From Azolla caroliniana (Eukaryota > Plantae > Polypodiophyta): a stretch of 64,000 nucleotides of DNA. The stretch is from assembly GCA_043228905.1 (NCBI GenBank), contig JBHGNT010000017.1, forward strand, positions 16,120,001 through 16,184,000. Reading direction: 5' to 3'. Below the pieces are notes generated by a model. That model did not search any database, was not told the DNA's origin, and saw only the letters and a program-made list of their open reading frames with translations. The position numbers and the translations under genes were made by a program. Every line of letters begins with the position of its first letter. Position 1 is the first letter of the stretch. Shown here piece after piece: positions 39,403 through 52,600 of this stretch.

Positions 39403-42047
39403 ATGGGGAAATGGTTAAAAGCAGTCATGGGAGTGAAAAAGCTCAGCCGAAGCTTCTCCTCCGAGAATATCCACGAAAATGTGAGAGGATTACTCGTTTT
39501 TCCTTGACGCTGTACATCCATCACTCGTAATTCGCTCCCTTCCTCAGGTTTTCTTGATTAGTGATTAAACATTCGCTGTTTCTGTGTGCAGGGAAAAATG
39601 TCAGCTTCTGCCGACAAATCTAAGAGATGGACTCTGTTCAGGCATTCTTCGTCAGAGAAACGAAGCAAAAGCGCTGAGAAGCGTTATTCAGAGAACGAAG
39701 GGTTGCCTTCTTCAAGGTTTAATGGAAGAAAAATTTTAGTAGAAGGAGAGAGTGAACCAGTCCCCTTGCAATATAGCCGAGAGGAATGGTCGGCCATCCG
39801 CATACAAACTGCTTTCAGAGGATTTCTGGTCAGGACAAAAACATTAGCTTTGACATTATCCTATATTTTTCTAGACAATTCTGAGTTTTGTTTTTCTTCA
39901 GTCCGCTGAATATTTTTTGGGACGAGCTTCCACCCTCGTCCATAGCTGGCATCACACGTTAATTCTGTGCTAATCCAAGTCTTTTAACTTTCTTTTACTC
40001 TCAAGTCTTTTGGTGTAAAGATGGACTTTTTTCATGGGTTTCTATTTTCTACGAAAATGATTTCTCTTTCTTTTCATAGCACTTCCTTCTGCTGCATAAG
40101 GCTGGAAGAGAGGGAGGCTGATTTTGGACAATTTATGTTAACCACAGTCTATTCTAATCTTCCTAGTTGTTGGACGAGATTGCTGAAGCCAAATAAGGCT
40201 CTCTCGTTGCCTTCATATTACTTCATGATTTCTTGTTTTTCTGTATGCAGTGCAACGTCTGGGATAGGAAACAAGAACACATTTTGTGAATTTAGTCTGC
40301 TGTAGTTTTTTTCGAGCCTTTTACTTATTCAAATGTTACTGCGCATTTTAAGATTCTCCACAGAAGAACTTTCTTTCTTTTTTCTTCCTAGTAATCTTTT
40401 AACAGACAAATTTCGGCCTAAATGAAATCCTGGTAGTGGAGGTGAGGTTTCGGTTTTGATTTTCTGTCATTCTTCCTTTGTAGAGCGTGATCAGCTAGCT
40501 GACTTCTACGGCTTCTTTCTGAATGAGTATTTTGCAGAAAACTGATCTTTTGATTAAGCAAGCCATACTTTCTTACTTTCTTTGTTGGTTAAGAAACAAG
40601 CAAATACCAGTAACAGAGACATCGTTTTGTAGCTAAATTATGTACATCTGTGCCATATCTATATAGACACTCTTTTATAGCTCAAATTCGCATTGGCATA
40701 AGCCAAATATTGTGCGCATCACCTTATGTATTTCTTTATGCCAGCTGAAACACCTTTGAAAGTTCTGATATAGCTTCTTCATGAATTGGAGATTAGTAAT
40801 GAAGCTGCACAGGAGAATGACCTTTCACTTGATGTTGTAATTTGTGTTGATAGTCCAGGCGAGCCTTGAAAGCTCTAAAAGGCTTAGTTAGACTACAAGC
40901 GTTAGTTCGTGGTCATCAAGTGAGGAGACAAGCAGCCATGACACTACGCTGTATGCAAGCTCTGGTAAGAGTTCAAGCACGTGTGAGAGCTCGGCGTGTT
41001 CGTATGTCTGAGGAAGGATTAGCTGTTCAGCATAAAGTGAATGAACGTCGCCTTCTTGAAGCTCAGCTTGTGGCCTCTGAGGTTTGAAAAACTGATGTTG
41101 ATTTGTTCCATTTGTTCTCGAAGCTTGAGTAAGTGTTTGCAATGGTTCTTGCATGTTAACTGCACTGTTTGTTTGTTCTGTAGCAGAAAGGATGGTGTGA
41201 CACGCATGGCACTGTCCAGGATATACAAGCAAAACTGCAACAAAAGCAAGAAGGTGCCATCAAGAGAGACAGAGCCATGGCTTATGCCCTGACTCATCAG
41301 GTAGTCTTATTAGAGGAAAGGTTCTTATAAAAGAGTTGGATTATGCCTAGTGTTATCTTATAGAAGCGAGAAGGTTCTTTTACAGTGTTATCTTACCAGT
41401 GGAAAGGTTGTGCATTTGATATAGTTTCTGTTTTGCAGTGGAGGCCGAATTCTCAATTCGATGGATCTATGCAAATAGTCTATGAACCAGACAAGTCTCA
41501 CTGGGGATGGACATGGTTGGAACGATGGATGGCAGCTAAGCCTTGGGAGAATAGGTCGAAAGAGTCAGTGAACAAAGACTTTGAATCTCACTCTTTGAGA
41601 AGTTATAGTGAGATGGAGGTGAGAAGAGCCATGGAAAGTAGCCAAGTTCAAGTGAGAAGGAATAAAGTGAGTACAAGGATTGTTCCTCCTCGATGTATGC
41701 ATTCAGGTCCACTGAGCTCAACACAAGGAGGATTGCAAACCACACCCAGGTCACGTGCTTTCACTTCAGAAGCTCATGATGCTAGTAGCCATAGTAGCTC
41801 AAGTAGAAGCAATACACCAACAACTCGTGGACCCACGGCATCAGGTTTATCGCATGTGTATAGTGCGAGTTCTAATTCAACTGGTGTTTGCCATATCTCA
41901 AATAGTATTCCGCAAGTGCCCGGATATATGGCAACAACTCAGTCTGCCATGGCTAAATTTAGAGTCCCTACAAAAATCAAGTCTTCTTTTGATGATCTGA
42001 ACCTGAAGAGAAGCTGCGCTTTATCTAGATGTGAAGGTAGTTTGTGA
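39403..42047 (+). CDS. IQD: IQ67-domain (IQD) calmodulin/microtubule-binding protein, ~421 aa, 5 exons
   Basis: Exons 39403-39480, 39592-39828, 40854-41081, 41187-41300 and 41439-42047, all phase 0. MGKWLKAV; [12 protein letters not shown]|[26 protein letters not shown]; GWCD; [10 protein letters not shown]; [16 protein letters not shown]; [15 protein letters not shown]. Confidence 0.93.
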
Positions 42048-44487
42048 AATACTCATGGTATTAGATCATACTCTCAAAGAGCCTTTTTTTGTTCCGTCCT
42101 TCCAAGTACATATGCAAATGAAATTAAGAACACCATATCAAACCACTTCCTCAAGACACAGGAAGGAGAAGGCAATGGACAGCCTTGAGCTTTGATAGGT
42201 AATTAGCTGCCTATATAAGAAGTAATTGGAGTCTTTAAACTATAGTCTTCAAAAGGATATTCAAGTGTGAACATGGATATTGGACAGATATTATCACAAA
42301 TGATGGATTTGGTGTTCTGCTTTCATGTCATTCTATCAATATTTATCTTTGGCTATTAGCAGGAAATGATGGATTTGGTGTCTACAGAGATTGAAGGAAA
42401 AAGCTAGTGATGAGCTTCTTGCTATACGGTGGTCAAGATCTTTTGGAAGCTGACATATAAGTGAAAAAATCTACCTATATAGGAGTGGTATATCTTCTTG
42501 TCTTCAATCAAACTCATACATTTTCTTCTCAACCATGTCCTATTGCCTTCCATTGAAGACATGATTAGAGGAGCTTTTTATCCGAGAAAGCTTGCATATA
42601 GGTTTTGTTAGCTTACCCAATGTGTTCATGTTGGGTTTCCTCATTGGAGATTTACTTCCACATTTGCCTGTACAATGTGTGTTTTGTCAAGTTTTCCTCA
42701 TTGATTTGGTCTTCATGTTTTTCTATTTTGCCATATACTGTCTTGTATTCTGTTTTCCTGCTTGTCTTTCTAAACTATGCCCTCTTACAAGTGAGTGAAA
42801 ATTAAGCATGTCAATGAAAAGCTAGCCTCTCGATGCATTTTATATGCATTGCATTGTAACAAACTATTTAGATTGTCTGATTGCCTTTGTGTTGAATTCT
42901 ATAGCAAAATGGGCAAAGGCTAAAGGACCAAGGTCATGTAGTTTTTTGGTTGGTTGGGAGTCCTGGGGTATTGAATGCAATTGCTATTTCATGTTTTGGC
43001 TACCTTAAATTACGTTAAAGAGAAGGGTTCAAATTGGTTTTGTTTTGTTTGTATTATAAGAGTGTAAGCCTCTTATTGTTTCGAGATTTTCATGCCAAAC
43101 TCAAGATGCAATTAAAACTACATTTTCATGGAACTGAGGTTTTGTTGAATGGAAGTCATGGGACCCAAAACCATATGCTATTTGCAGGTGAAGAAGATCA
43201 CAAATGAGATGCATGAGTCCGATTGAAATCAGACCGGGAAAGAACTTATAGAACAAGAAACAAGCAATAATATGATTGCCTTTATTAGAGTTATGAGAAG
43301 CTTATAGACATGACCTATACATGATCATTCTATCGAAAAACAGTTAAATTTTTGATAGCCTGAATGCAAGAATTCTGTGGATGTATGTAAAGCAAGTCTC
43401 TCGTTGTGACTGACTGTAGTGTGATGTTTGGAAGTTGAAAGTGATGGATGAAAGAACGAGAGAATGAGTTTGAATTTCAAGAGAAGTGTACATAGGAACC
43501 CCTAGAGTTAGAACGAGAGTCAAGACCATAAGATCAAAACGACAACCTTTATTAATATTATGAGAATTTTATAGATGCCCTTACCCATTATCATTCTATT
43601 GAAAAAGAATTTGGTATAAGATAAGATAAATGCATGGATTGTGGTGATACATGAATGTAACGCAAGTCCCTTGTGATTGAAGGGGAATTTGAAACTTGAA
43701 AGTTGAAAAGGATTAATGGAAGAGTGGGGGAGTGAATTTGAATTTCAAGAAGTATTCAACAAAACCCCTTAGAATTACAAGAACCATAAGAGACTATCTA
43801 GAGGGTAATGAAGGCAAGGGAAGAGAAGAGGTGTTTGTAAAGGATGGCTGGATGGTAGTGTTCAAGTGGAAAGCATATCGAGAAAACTATGGGATGGGCA
43901 TCATTGTTCATAGCTGAGGAAATGTCTTAGAGGTTGAGCATTCATCCTCAAGAACTTGTGGGATATGAGCCACCCTAGCAAAGTTGATGACGATAAACTT
44001 GTGAGGCCAATGTGAGGAATATTGAGCATCTACAAAATTAGAAATAAAGCTACATTGGATACTAACAAAAGTTGTATTAGAAAAAAATGATGATTTAACA
44101 TCAGACAACGTGAACAATTAATATGGCAATGAAATCAAATTTAGAAAGGTGCATGCACTTGGAACTGCATCTCACTTCCAAATTAGAGATTGCCCCATGT
44201 CCCACAAAGGAAAAAGGGTATGTTGGGCAATCAATAGACAAAACACATACAACACCAACCCAAGTAGCAACTATGACCATATGATGCACACGTGCACACA
44301 CACACAAATGATATAAAACCAAACTCAAATATTATATCAAGTGAAGTTTGAACCTATATCCTTGTACATCAAGTATAGAAAATAAACCATGACAATAAGC
44401 TATTCTATATACTTATATTTATCTTATTCTTATCTCAATTGTCATACACGGGAACTCAGATGAGCAACATGGCTATCACGCATCACA

Positions 44488-44882
44488 TGTAACGTACGTG
44501 CGTCAAATAGTGATCATACATTTCATGCATGTCATGCACCCTACATGTGAACACCTATATAAAGAGGGAGATGGGAAGTGTGTAGGCATTGATCAAACAA
44601 TAAATCAAGATAGTTCATATGCGAAGTGTCTTGTCCTAAAAATTTGAAGTCAAGGGTTCGTGCTGGAGTTTGGCAACAATTATCATCCTTGTGATCGAGC
44701 ATTGTAACTTCGGCAAAATCTTGTATTTTCAATATAATAAAGATTGTTCTTATACTTTACTCTTGCTTCTTGAATCATACACTATCTCTATCTCTTTTCT
44801 GTGCTCGTCTCTCTTTCTTTTTGTTACGAATGTTCCTCGTACAAAACCCTGATGGTTCGACACATTAAGCATGGATTTTACA
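44488..44882 (+). mobile_element. Candidate solo LTR
   Basis: TGTAA...TTACA ends, cctatataaagaggg, aataaa and a CT-rich U5; no matching TSD. Confidence 0.5.
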
Positions 44883-46368
44883 ACAACGTCGTAATAGCCA
44901 AGATATGAAATGGTGTAATTGCGAAGATTCGAAATGGTATAACCGTTCGAATATCTAATACAATGCTCTAAATTACAATATTATTTAATGAAAAATGTTA
45001 TGAATTGTAAAGAATCGAGTGTGATTCTATGGAGTGGAATAGATTAGAGATGCGTGTTATGTGTGTGTGAAAGAGGAGAGAGGATAGACCCAAGATAGAT
45101 AGGAAAATAGAAAACTCAAGATGTATATTGACAAGGAGTAGAGAATAGCAAGTACAAGGATAATAACATTACATGGAAGATTAACCGACACTTACAAAGT
45201 AGGAGGAGGGTGTTTTATATATGTTCACCCTCTCACTAAACCATTCACTCACTCTCTAGCAACTATAGAAGCTCATGTGTCATGGGGAATGTGGAAACTC
45301 ATTAGTTATGTGTCATAGAATATGATTTTATGACACATAGTTAATGTTAGAAAGTAGTGGTGACCTTTGACCTTTGAGTGTTCATACATTCTCAAGAAAG
45401 GTGTGTTCACACACTAGACTTAGGTTGACTTTGATTCTCAACATGCCCCTTCAAGCTCAACCAGTCGGCTATCACTCCGCCTCAATATCGACAAGTCGTA
45501 GGTCGAAAGACCAAGTTTGGTTGAAAATTGCTGAAGCTTTTCGGTTCCCAAAGCTTTCGTGAAGATGTAAGCCGTTTGAAGATTGGTATTGATATGTTGA
45601 AGGTTGACGTCCCCCCTGCAATGACATGTTCCCGAATGAAGTGGTAGTGCACCTCGATGTGCTTTGTCCGAGCATGGAACACCGGGTTCCAAATGAAGTG
45701 GATGCTGCTAAGCTTGTCATAGTAGATCAGGATTGGGTCATTGACGAAGATGCCAAGGTCTTTCAGAATTTGTTTAAGCCATACGGCTTCACATGCAACC
45801 ACAAACCGCCCTTGTATTCGGCCTTTGTGCTCAAAAGTACGACGGTCAGCTGATTCTTGCTACTCCAGGAGATGGCTCCACTACTGAGGAGAAGATGAAC
45901 GTTGAAGTCGAATTGGTGTGGCCGATTTGTAGAGGATGCCGTAATCCATCGTCCCACTTACATACTTGAGTACTCGCTTAACACAGTCCAGATGGATGTC
46001 GCAAGATGTTTGCATGAATTGGCTAAGGAGGCCGGTGTCACGGACATACCCAGAAGCTAGGAAAGACACACGAGTATGAAGATAGAAATGAAGATCAATG
46101 AGACAAAGATGAGGCGAAACGAGAATACTAGATTGATGTGTCAATGACTAGTGTTGAATCCCTTGAAGGGACCAAGGAGGTTACAAGTATTTATACATGT
46201 TCTGAGATTGAATATCTCTAGAATATACTTGAGAACTATGATCCCTAGAATATACTCGTCTAGAATATGTCGTACAATATTTCTAGAATATACTGACTAG
46301 AATATTCTGATTCTGAAATGTACTATATGCTAGACTATAGAATACTAAACCATCATATACAAATGCAT

Positions 46369-46432
46369 GCTCATATCAAAATGGTTGAGGATGACATCTT
46401 GTAGTTGTGAGGTTGCAGGTTCAATCCTCACT
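46369..46432 (+). other. tRNA-like module (Thr-UGU-like) in LTR U3, antisense to the element; second copy 47590-47652
   Basis: GCTC..TGG..GAG(C) D arm, CTTGTAG loop, AGGTT variable loop, GCAGGTTCAATCC T arm/B-box. Confidence 0.6.
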
Positions 46433-46518
46433 AACTATGTATTTGACATCGTTGTGTCGCGACATTATCCTCCCCTTTACGACCACCTTTTCGAAAGCAT
46501 GGTATAGGGTTGGACGGG

Positions 46519-46730
46519 AATTGGAGCACTGAAGGGCGTGAGGAACCATATGTTGTTCTCACTGGAGACTAGAACACCAATGGACGTGAGTGACCATGTG
46601 CAGTCCTCCCCGGAGATTGGAACACCGGCGGGCGTGAGCGACCATGTATGGTCCTCATCGAAGATTAGAACCCCGATGGGTGTGAGTGACCATGTGTGGC
46701 CCTCACTGAGAACTGGAACAACAACGGGCG
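46519..46730. repeat. 48-bp tandem repeat, ~4.3 copies, just before the PPT of the non-autonomous element
   Basis: gg.cgtgag..accat recurs at 46534, 46582, 46630 and 46678. Confidence 0.9.
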
Positions 46731-47246
46731 AAGGAGTGCAAGTGAAGTGGTCGACTCAACTTCTTCTATTATGAGAGGGTAAATAGTCAAGGTTGACCCA
46801 AGACACGACACAAACGATAGCGCTAGCGAGAAACCCACGCGATCCCCACTAGGAAAGTGAGCGGTTCTGACCCCCACCGAAACTAGAAGGGGAGCGATCA
46901 AAATTGGTCCTCGCCAACAGAAGTGGCACGAGACTTGAACTATAACGAAAATGCAATGCAAGCGAGCAATGATCCGATCCCCACTAGGAAAGTGAGCGGT
47001 TGTTATCCCCACTAGAAGTGGGAAGGTGAGCATTTGAAAGCACTCCTCACCAAAACTGTGATGCAAAATGATACCTAAAAATGATGACAAGTAGTGTTGA
47101 TGAAGACGATGGTTGGGCGAAGAGGTGCTGAAAATGATGACGTCGAAACAAGGACGTTGTTGACGGTAACTCCGAAAGCAAGGGCGGTGATGATGGTAAC
47201 TCTAGAAGCAAAGGCGATGACAAAGGCGGGTGGTACTTCCAGTTGG

Positions 47247-47257
47247 AAGGGATTCAA
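47247..47257 (-). promoter_or_regulatory. Self-priming PBS
   Basis: TTGAATCCCTT is complementary to AAGGGATTCAA (47388-47378), which starts 31 nt after TATAAATA. Confidence 0.85.
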
Positions 47258-49226
47258 ACAGTCACGGACACACCCAGAAGCTAGGAAAGACACAAGAGTA
47301 TGAAGATAGAAATGAAGATCAATAAGACAAAGATGACGCGAAATGAGAATACTAGATTGATGTGTCAATGACTGGTGTTGAATCCCTTGAAGGAACCAAG
47401 GAGGTTACAAGTATTTATACATGTTCTGAGATTGAATATCTCTAGAATATACTCGAGAAATATCTCTAGAATATACTCGTCTAGAATATGTTGTACAATA
47501 TTTCTAGAATATACTGACTAGAATATTCTGATTCTGAAATGTATTATATGTTAGACTATAGAATACTAAACCATTATATAGAAATGCATGCTCATATCAA
47601 AATGGTTGAGCATGACATCTTGTAGTTGTGAGGTTGCATGTTCAATCCTCACTAATTATGTATTTGACATCGTTGTGTCGTGACAACCGGCTGGATAGTT
47701 GAGGTCGGGTCGAGTAATGGTGAGGTAGATTAGGCTTCTGACTAGCTCAAAATAGTGAATAAGCTCACACTCTTCTGTGCCAAAGTTGGCATCTAGCTTT
47801 AGGTTTCGATCGAGAGGGGTTGCCACAGATGTACACTTAGTCATCCTGAACTTCTATAACAAGTTGAGGATGTATTGCCGTTGGGAGATCATGATCCTGA
47901 CTGGTGTCTAAATTACTTCTATGCCGAAGAAGTAATGGAGCTCTTGCATCTCTTTCATTTCGAATTTGTCGGATAGGAGGGATTTGACCTTATCGATGTC
48001 GCCTAGATTCTCTCCTCGAATGACCAGATCATCCACGTACAAGATGATGACAATTAGGCTTTTGGAATCGCTTTTTACATAGAGGGAGGTGTCTGATTTC
48101 GACATTTGGAAGCCGATTTGGTGAAGATACTAAGTAATCTTTGAATGCCTAGCACGTGGTGCTTGCTTGAGTCCATACAATGGCTTCTTCAGTCAGTAGA
48201 TTGCGATCGGATGGTTGGTCGATTCGAAACCGAGTGGTTGGATCATGAAGAACTTCTCTTCTAATTCGCCTTGAAGAAACACGTTCTTTATGTCCATTTG
48301 GTGGAGGTGCCACCCTTTTGCCACTACAAGGGCAATCACAGTTCGAATAGTCATCATCTTTGGCACCGGGGCAAAGGTCTACTCATAGTCAACTCCGCAT
48401 TTCTGCGCGTAACCTTTTGCTACAAGTAGAGCTTTGTAGCGGTTGACGGAGCCATCGACATTATACTTCACTTTGTATATCCATCTGCAACCGATTTCCT
48501 TCTTGTGAGGTGAGTGGGGAACAAGATCCCATATCTCGTTCTTATTGAGAGCTTGTATCTCCTCGTTCATCGCTTTGTCCCATTGCGAGTCTTTATCGGC
48601 TTCGGCAAAGCTTTCCGGTTCACGAACAACTGCCCTATTTATCATAAAGGCATAGTGGTATGCCATGTAGTCATTATAGCCGAATCGATTAGTTGGATTC
48701 TTCTCTCTCGGACATGAGCTATGTAGCGACACGAACTTGTAAGAACTTCCATCAAGATTGACGAAGAAAGGCTAGTAGAAAATAGGAGTTCGCAACTATA
48801 GTACAAATGGCAGTTAGTGAGGACACACGTTAGCTACTAACTTTCAATGCAATAGGACATTAACTGTAGTCGTTAACTTGAGAACTAAATCCCATGTTTT
48901 CAGTAAGGCTGGGTTCATTGAGTATGTGTCTTTGTAGTAAAAAAGCATGTAGAGGTAGTGCGTTATGAATAATGGCATTTTCAAATGTAATCTTCTTCAT
49001 GCCAATTGATCCACTCCTATCGATGTTGATAAAGTCAGTCCAATGTTTTTTGAGTAGTGTAAGTTACTTCAATATATGAGCCAACATATTGGAATGCAAT
49101 TGGATACGGTTTGAAAAGTCAAATTATTAGAACAACCAGAGGCAAGTTCTAAATGAAATGAAGGTATGTTTAAAATTTGCATGAAAAGATGCTTGGAATT
49201 CATAATAAATGCTATAAAAACACAAA

Positions 49227-49515
49227 GATACAAGTGAACCCACCATATTTGGAACAATATTTGTCACAATGTTAACCTCCTCATCTAGGAATTTTAGATG
49301 CAAATAATGTATACAATACAAGGCAACTTTACAATTCAAAAAATCTTGGCCTTCCAAATTTGGTAATATTGATACAAGTGAACCCACCATATTTGAAACA
49401 ATATTTTGTCACAATGTTAACCTCCTCATCTAGGACTTTTGGAAGCAAATAATGTATACAATACAAGGCGGCTTTACAATTCAAAAAATCTTGGGCTTCC
49501 AAATTTAGTAATATC
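49227..49515. repeat. 144-bp tandem duplication
   Basis: gatacaagtgaacccaccatattt at 49227 and 49371. Confidence 0.9.
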
Positions 49516-49629
49516 TTGAGGTGAGGTAAAACCTTTGGTTCCCTTGTGGTTGTCAAGAAACACCGACTTTTTTGGCATCAAAAGGAATCTTACCAACTTT
49601 GTGTCTGTCTTGAAAACTTATGAGAACAT

Positions 49630-52600
49630 TAGTAATCCAAGGGGAAGAGTGCACGGGTGGACTAGAGCACACATGGTCCTCTTCAATAGCAACTCCGGCA
49701 GACCGGAGACTGGTTGTTCTTTTGACTTGGAACCTGATTTGAAAAATGAAAGAGGAGAAGACTCGTCCTTGAAGTCGTTTTGTAACAAGGCAACATTATG
49801 TCTCCAGTACCTTACATTTGAAAATAAGGCTGTAGGGCTGCAAACATTATGGACGAGCTCCCCGATACAAGGGGAGCTTATGGAACTTGCTCAAGATGTT
49901 CCAGTGGTTTGCATATGGAAGGTACATGATCTAGGGCTGAAGCCTGGTTTGTTCCACTTCCATTGTGCTGAAGTGCCCAAGAATCAAGAATGGAAAATAA
50001 GTATGGAGTGGGAATTTATATGGCGTATGATAGAGACATATTTGTCGAGCATGGGAGATTCCCCCTTGGCTTTTTTTGTGAACCCAAGTCAATGAGAATT
50101 TTTTCTTGGAATGTGCAAGGACTTGGTGGATCTCAACATCAGCTAGAGAAGCGTCGGTTTAGGAGAGAATGGGAAGCTGACGGCCTTTGTAAAACTATTG
50201 ATATTTTGCTCTTACAAGAGCATCACCTTGGCCGAGAAAGAACGGAACTGTTCAAAGACCTGTTGCCAGGGGATTGGTACACATGGTGGGCTCCTGCTCA
50301 CGGTGTGTTAGAAAGGAGAGGTGGAGTGTGTATTTCGGTGAGGAAATCAGCGGATATCATCATCTTGGATCATGGCATATTGATCGAAGGTAGGGCTATG
50401 TTCTGCTACTTGGAATGGAGGAATGTAAAATTTGGGGTGCTGAATGTCTACGCACCTAACATTAGCAATGAGAGGACCTCATTTTGGAGACGTTTGGCAA
50501 ACAAAATTCCCTCCGTCGACAATTGGATAGTGGCAGGGGATTTTAACATGACAGAGAGAGTGGAAGATTGTCTTGGGGCTCATTCGAACTTGCTACATGG
50601 GGAGGAGCTTAGAGCGTGGGGTTTCTTAACTTCTATGTTGGGAATCCGGGACTCGTGGTATTCTACTATGGCAGTTGAGGTGAATTCCTTAAGGTTCTCA
50701 CGATTTGACTGGAAGGAGAGTGAAGGATATCACTCTAGATTGGACTGCATCTATGTGGGCCCCGGGATAGAGGAATGGTGTGGCTTCTCATCCATTCTTG
50801 CTGGTTTTACTTATTCGGATCACCTTCCAATATCCTTGACTCTTGAACCTATTTATAAGAAGAAGAGTGAGAGCAATGTGAGGATTCCTCCGAAGATTTT
50901 CGGTATCCAGAAGGTTAAGGATGCAATGAATACCATTTGGACGGCATCCCCATCAGCCCACGACCCGATACAGGTACTGGACGAAAAGATTATTAATTCT
51001 TCTTTGTTTCTTCAGAAAGTGGCTAGGGAGGAGCTGTTAAGGTGTCAATACCGTCTGCAATGCCTAAGGAAGGCAGTCATCTCAGCTCAAAAGCTCACGC
51101 AAGTGGACCCATGTTGTGCTTGGGCGAAAGACAGGCTACAGGAGGCCACTGGGTTGCTGCAGGAGGTTAGACAGCAATGAGAGCAATTCCTCTTCAGAAA
51201 GTCAGCAACATAGTGGGCTGTCAAGGGAGATAAAGTTAACAGGGAATTTTTTCTTGCCAAGACTCCGAAACGGAGAGGAACACATATTCATAGTCTCAAA
51301 CGGGAGGATGATTCAATGACATTTGATCAAGAGGAAATCTTGCAAATGGCGAGTAATTACTATAGAGACCTTTTAGCTCCTACATTGACAAACGACCCTC
51401 CAAGTAACCTGATGCATGGTGTAATTACATGCTTGAAAACCAAGATTGGAGAGGCAGCTAAAGCGCAGTTGTCAAAAGCCATAGAGGAGGAAGAGATTGT
51501 AGCGGGGCTAGATAAGATACAGAGTATGGCTTGTCCTGGTGCTGACGGTCTTCCCAAAGCCTTCTTCAAGGAGTTTTGGGAGCAAATTTTTCCAAGCTTG
51601 AAAGCTGGACTGCAAGAGATGTGGAGAACGAGACGGATGCCGAGTAGCTTCAATGAAGGCTTGATCTACTTGATTTCGAAATTGGAGATTGCGCTGCACG
51701 AGATTAAGCAATGGAGGCCCATTACAATTTTAAACCTAATTTATAAAATTTTTGCTAACATATTAGTGCAGAGAATCAAGCCCTTCCTAGGCGATATCAT
51801 CCAATCCAATCAAACTGGTTTCATGGAGCATCGTTCTATTATGTACAACGTGATTTTGTTTTGGGAGGCTGTTGCAACGGCGAAGGTGACCAATCAAAAC
51901 TTAGCATGTCTGATGCTCGACTTCGAGAATGCCTATGATCGAGTGCAATGGTCTTTCTTGGAAGAAGTGATGAAGGTCATTGAGCTACCATTGGAATGGA
52001 GGTGTGCTGCCCAAGCCTTATATAGGAATGGCTCGAGTAAGGTGCTGATTGCAGGGAGGAAAGGAGCTCAAATCATTCTTACTTGATCCATCAGGCAGGG
52101 TTGTCCTCTTGCCCCCTTTCTTTTCCTTTTTATTACTGAAGCAATGTCTGCCCTTTTTAATAGCCAAGGGGCAAATCTTCATGGTCTTTCGATCCCTAAC
52201 GCAAGGAAGTCCCTGCTGGATTCGGAGTTCGCGGATGATACAATGCTATACCTCCAAGGAAATGAAGCGAATCTTGAGAGGGCACAAAGTGCTATTGAGC
52301 TCTTTTTGCAAGGCATCGGGAGCGTCCATTAATTGGAAGAAGTCCAAGGGTTTTTGGATCAGCTTGGAGCCCGAGCTTGTTTGGAAGCCAAATGCTGAAT
52401 TCAAATGGATTGCAAACGGGGAAGCCACTAGGTATCTGGGAACGTGGATTGGGGTAGATATCGACAAGGGAATTCAGCTGCAACATATTCAAAGCAAAAT
52501 TTGTGACACAATTCGCAACTGGTCAGGGATGAACTTATCATTGGCTGGCAGGATCATAGTAGCTAACCATGTGCTTTTGTCTACATTATGGCATGCAGTT

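Larger units (their letters stand above)
46036..47685 (-). mobile_element. Non-autonomous LTR element (TRIM/LARD-like), LTRs 46036-46464 and 47260-47685
   Basis: Near-identical ~430-bp LTRs; TSD GCCGG/ACCGG; PPT AAAGGGGAGGATAA; ~795-bp interior without retroelement protein motifs; inserted in the copia RT. Confidence 0.92.
45006..48725 (-). mobile_element. 5'-truncated Ty1/copia RT-RNase H with 3' LTR (45006-45443)
   Basis: REPESFAEA, IGCRWIYKVK, LVAKGY, ILYVDDL, ISWSSK, FHARTKHIEVHYHF; PPT TTGAAGGGGCA next to the LTR. Confidence 0.9.

Noticed and set aside
43275-43795. Diverged ~267-bp duplication 3' of IQD
   Set aside because: Real but no structural or coding signal to interpret.
46519-46730. 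48-bp periodic array as CRISPR
   Set aside because: Whole units are homologous with no unique spacers; it lies inside a plant LTR element; no cas genes.
49535-50095. 186-aa ORF as LINE ORF1
   Set aside because: Starts outside the TSD and lacks RRM or zinc-knuckle motifs.
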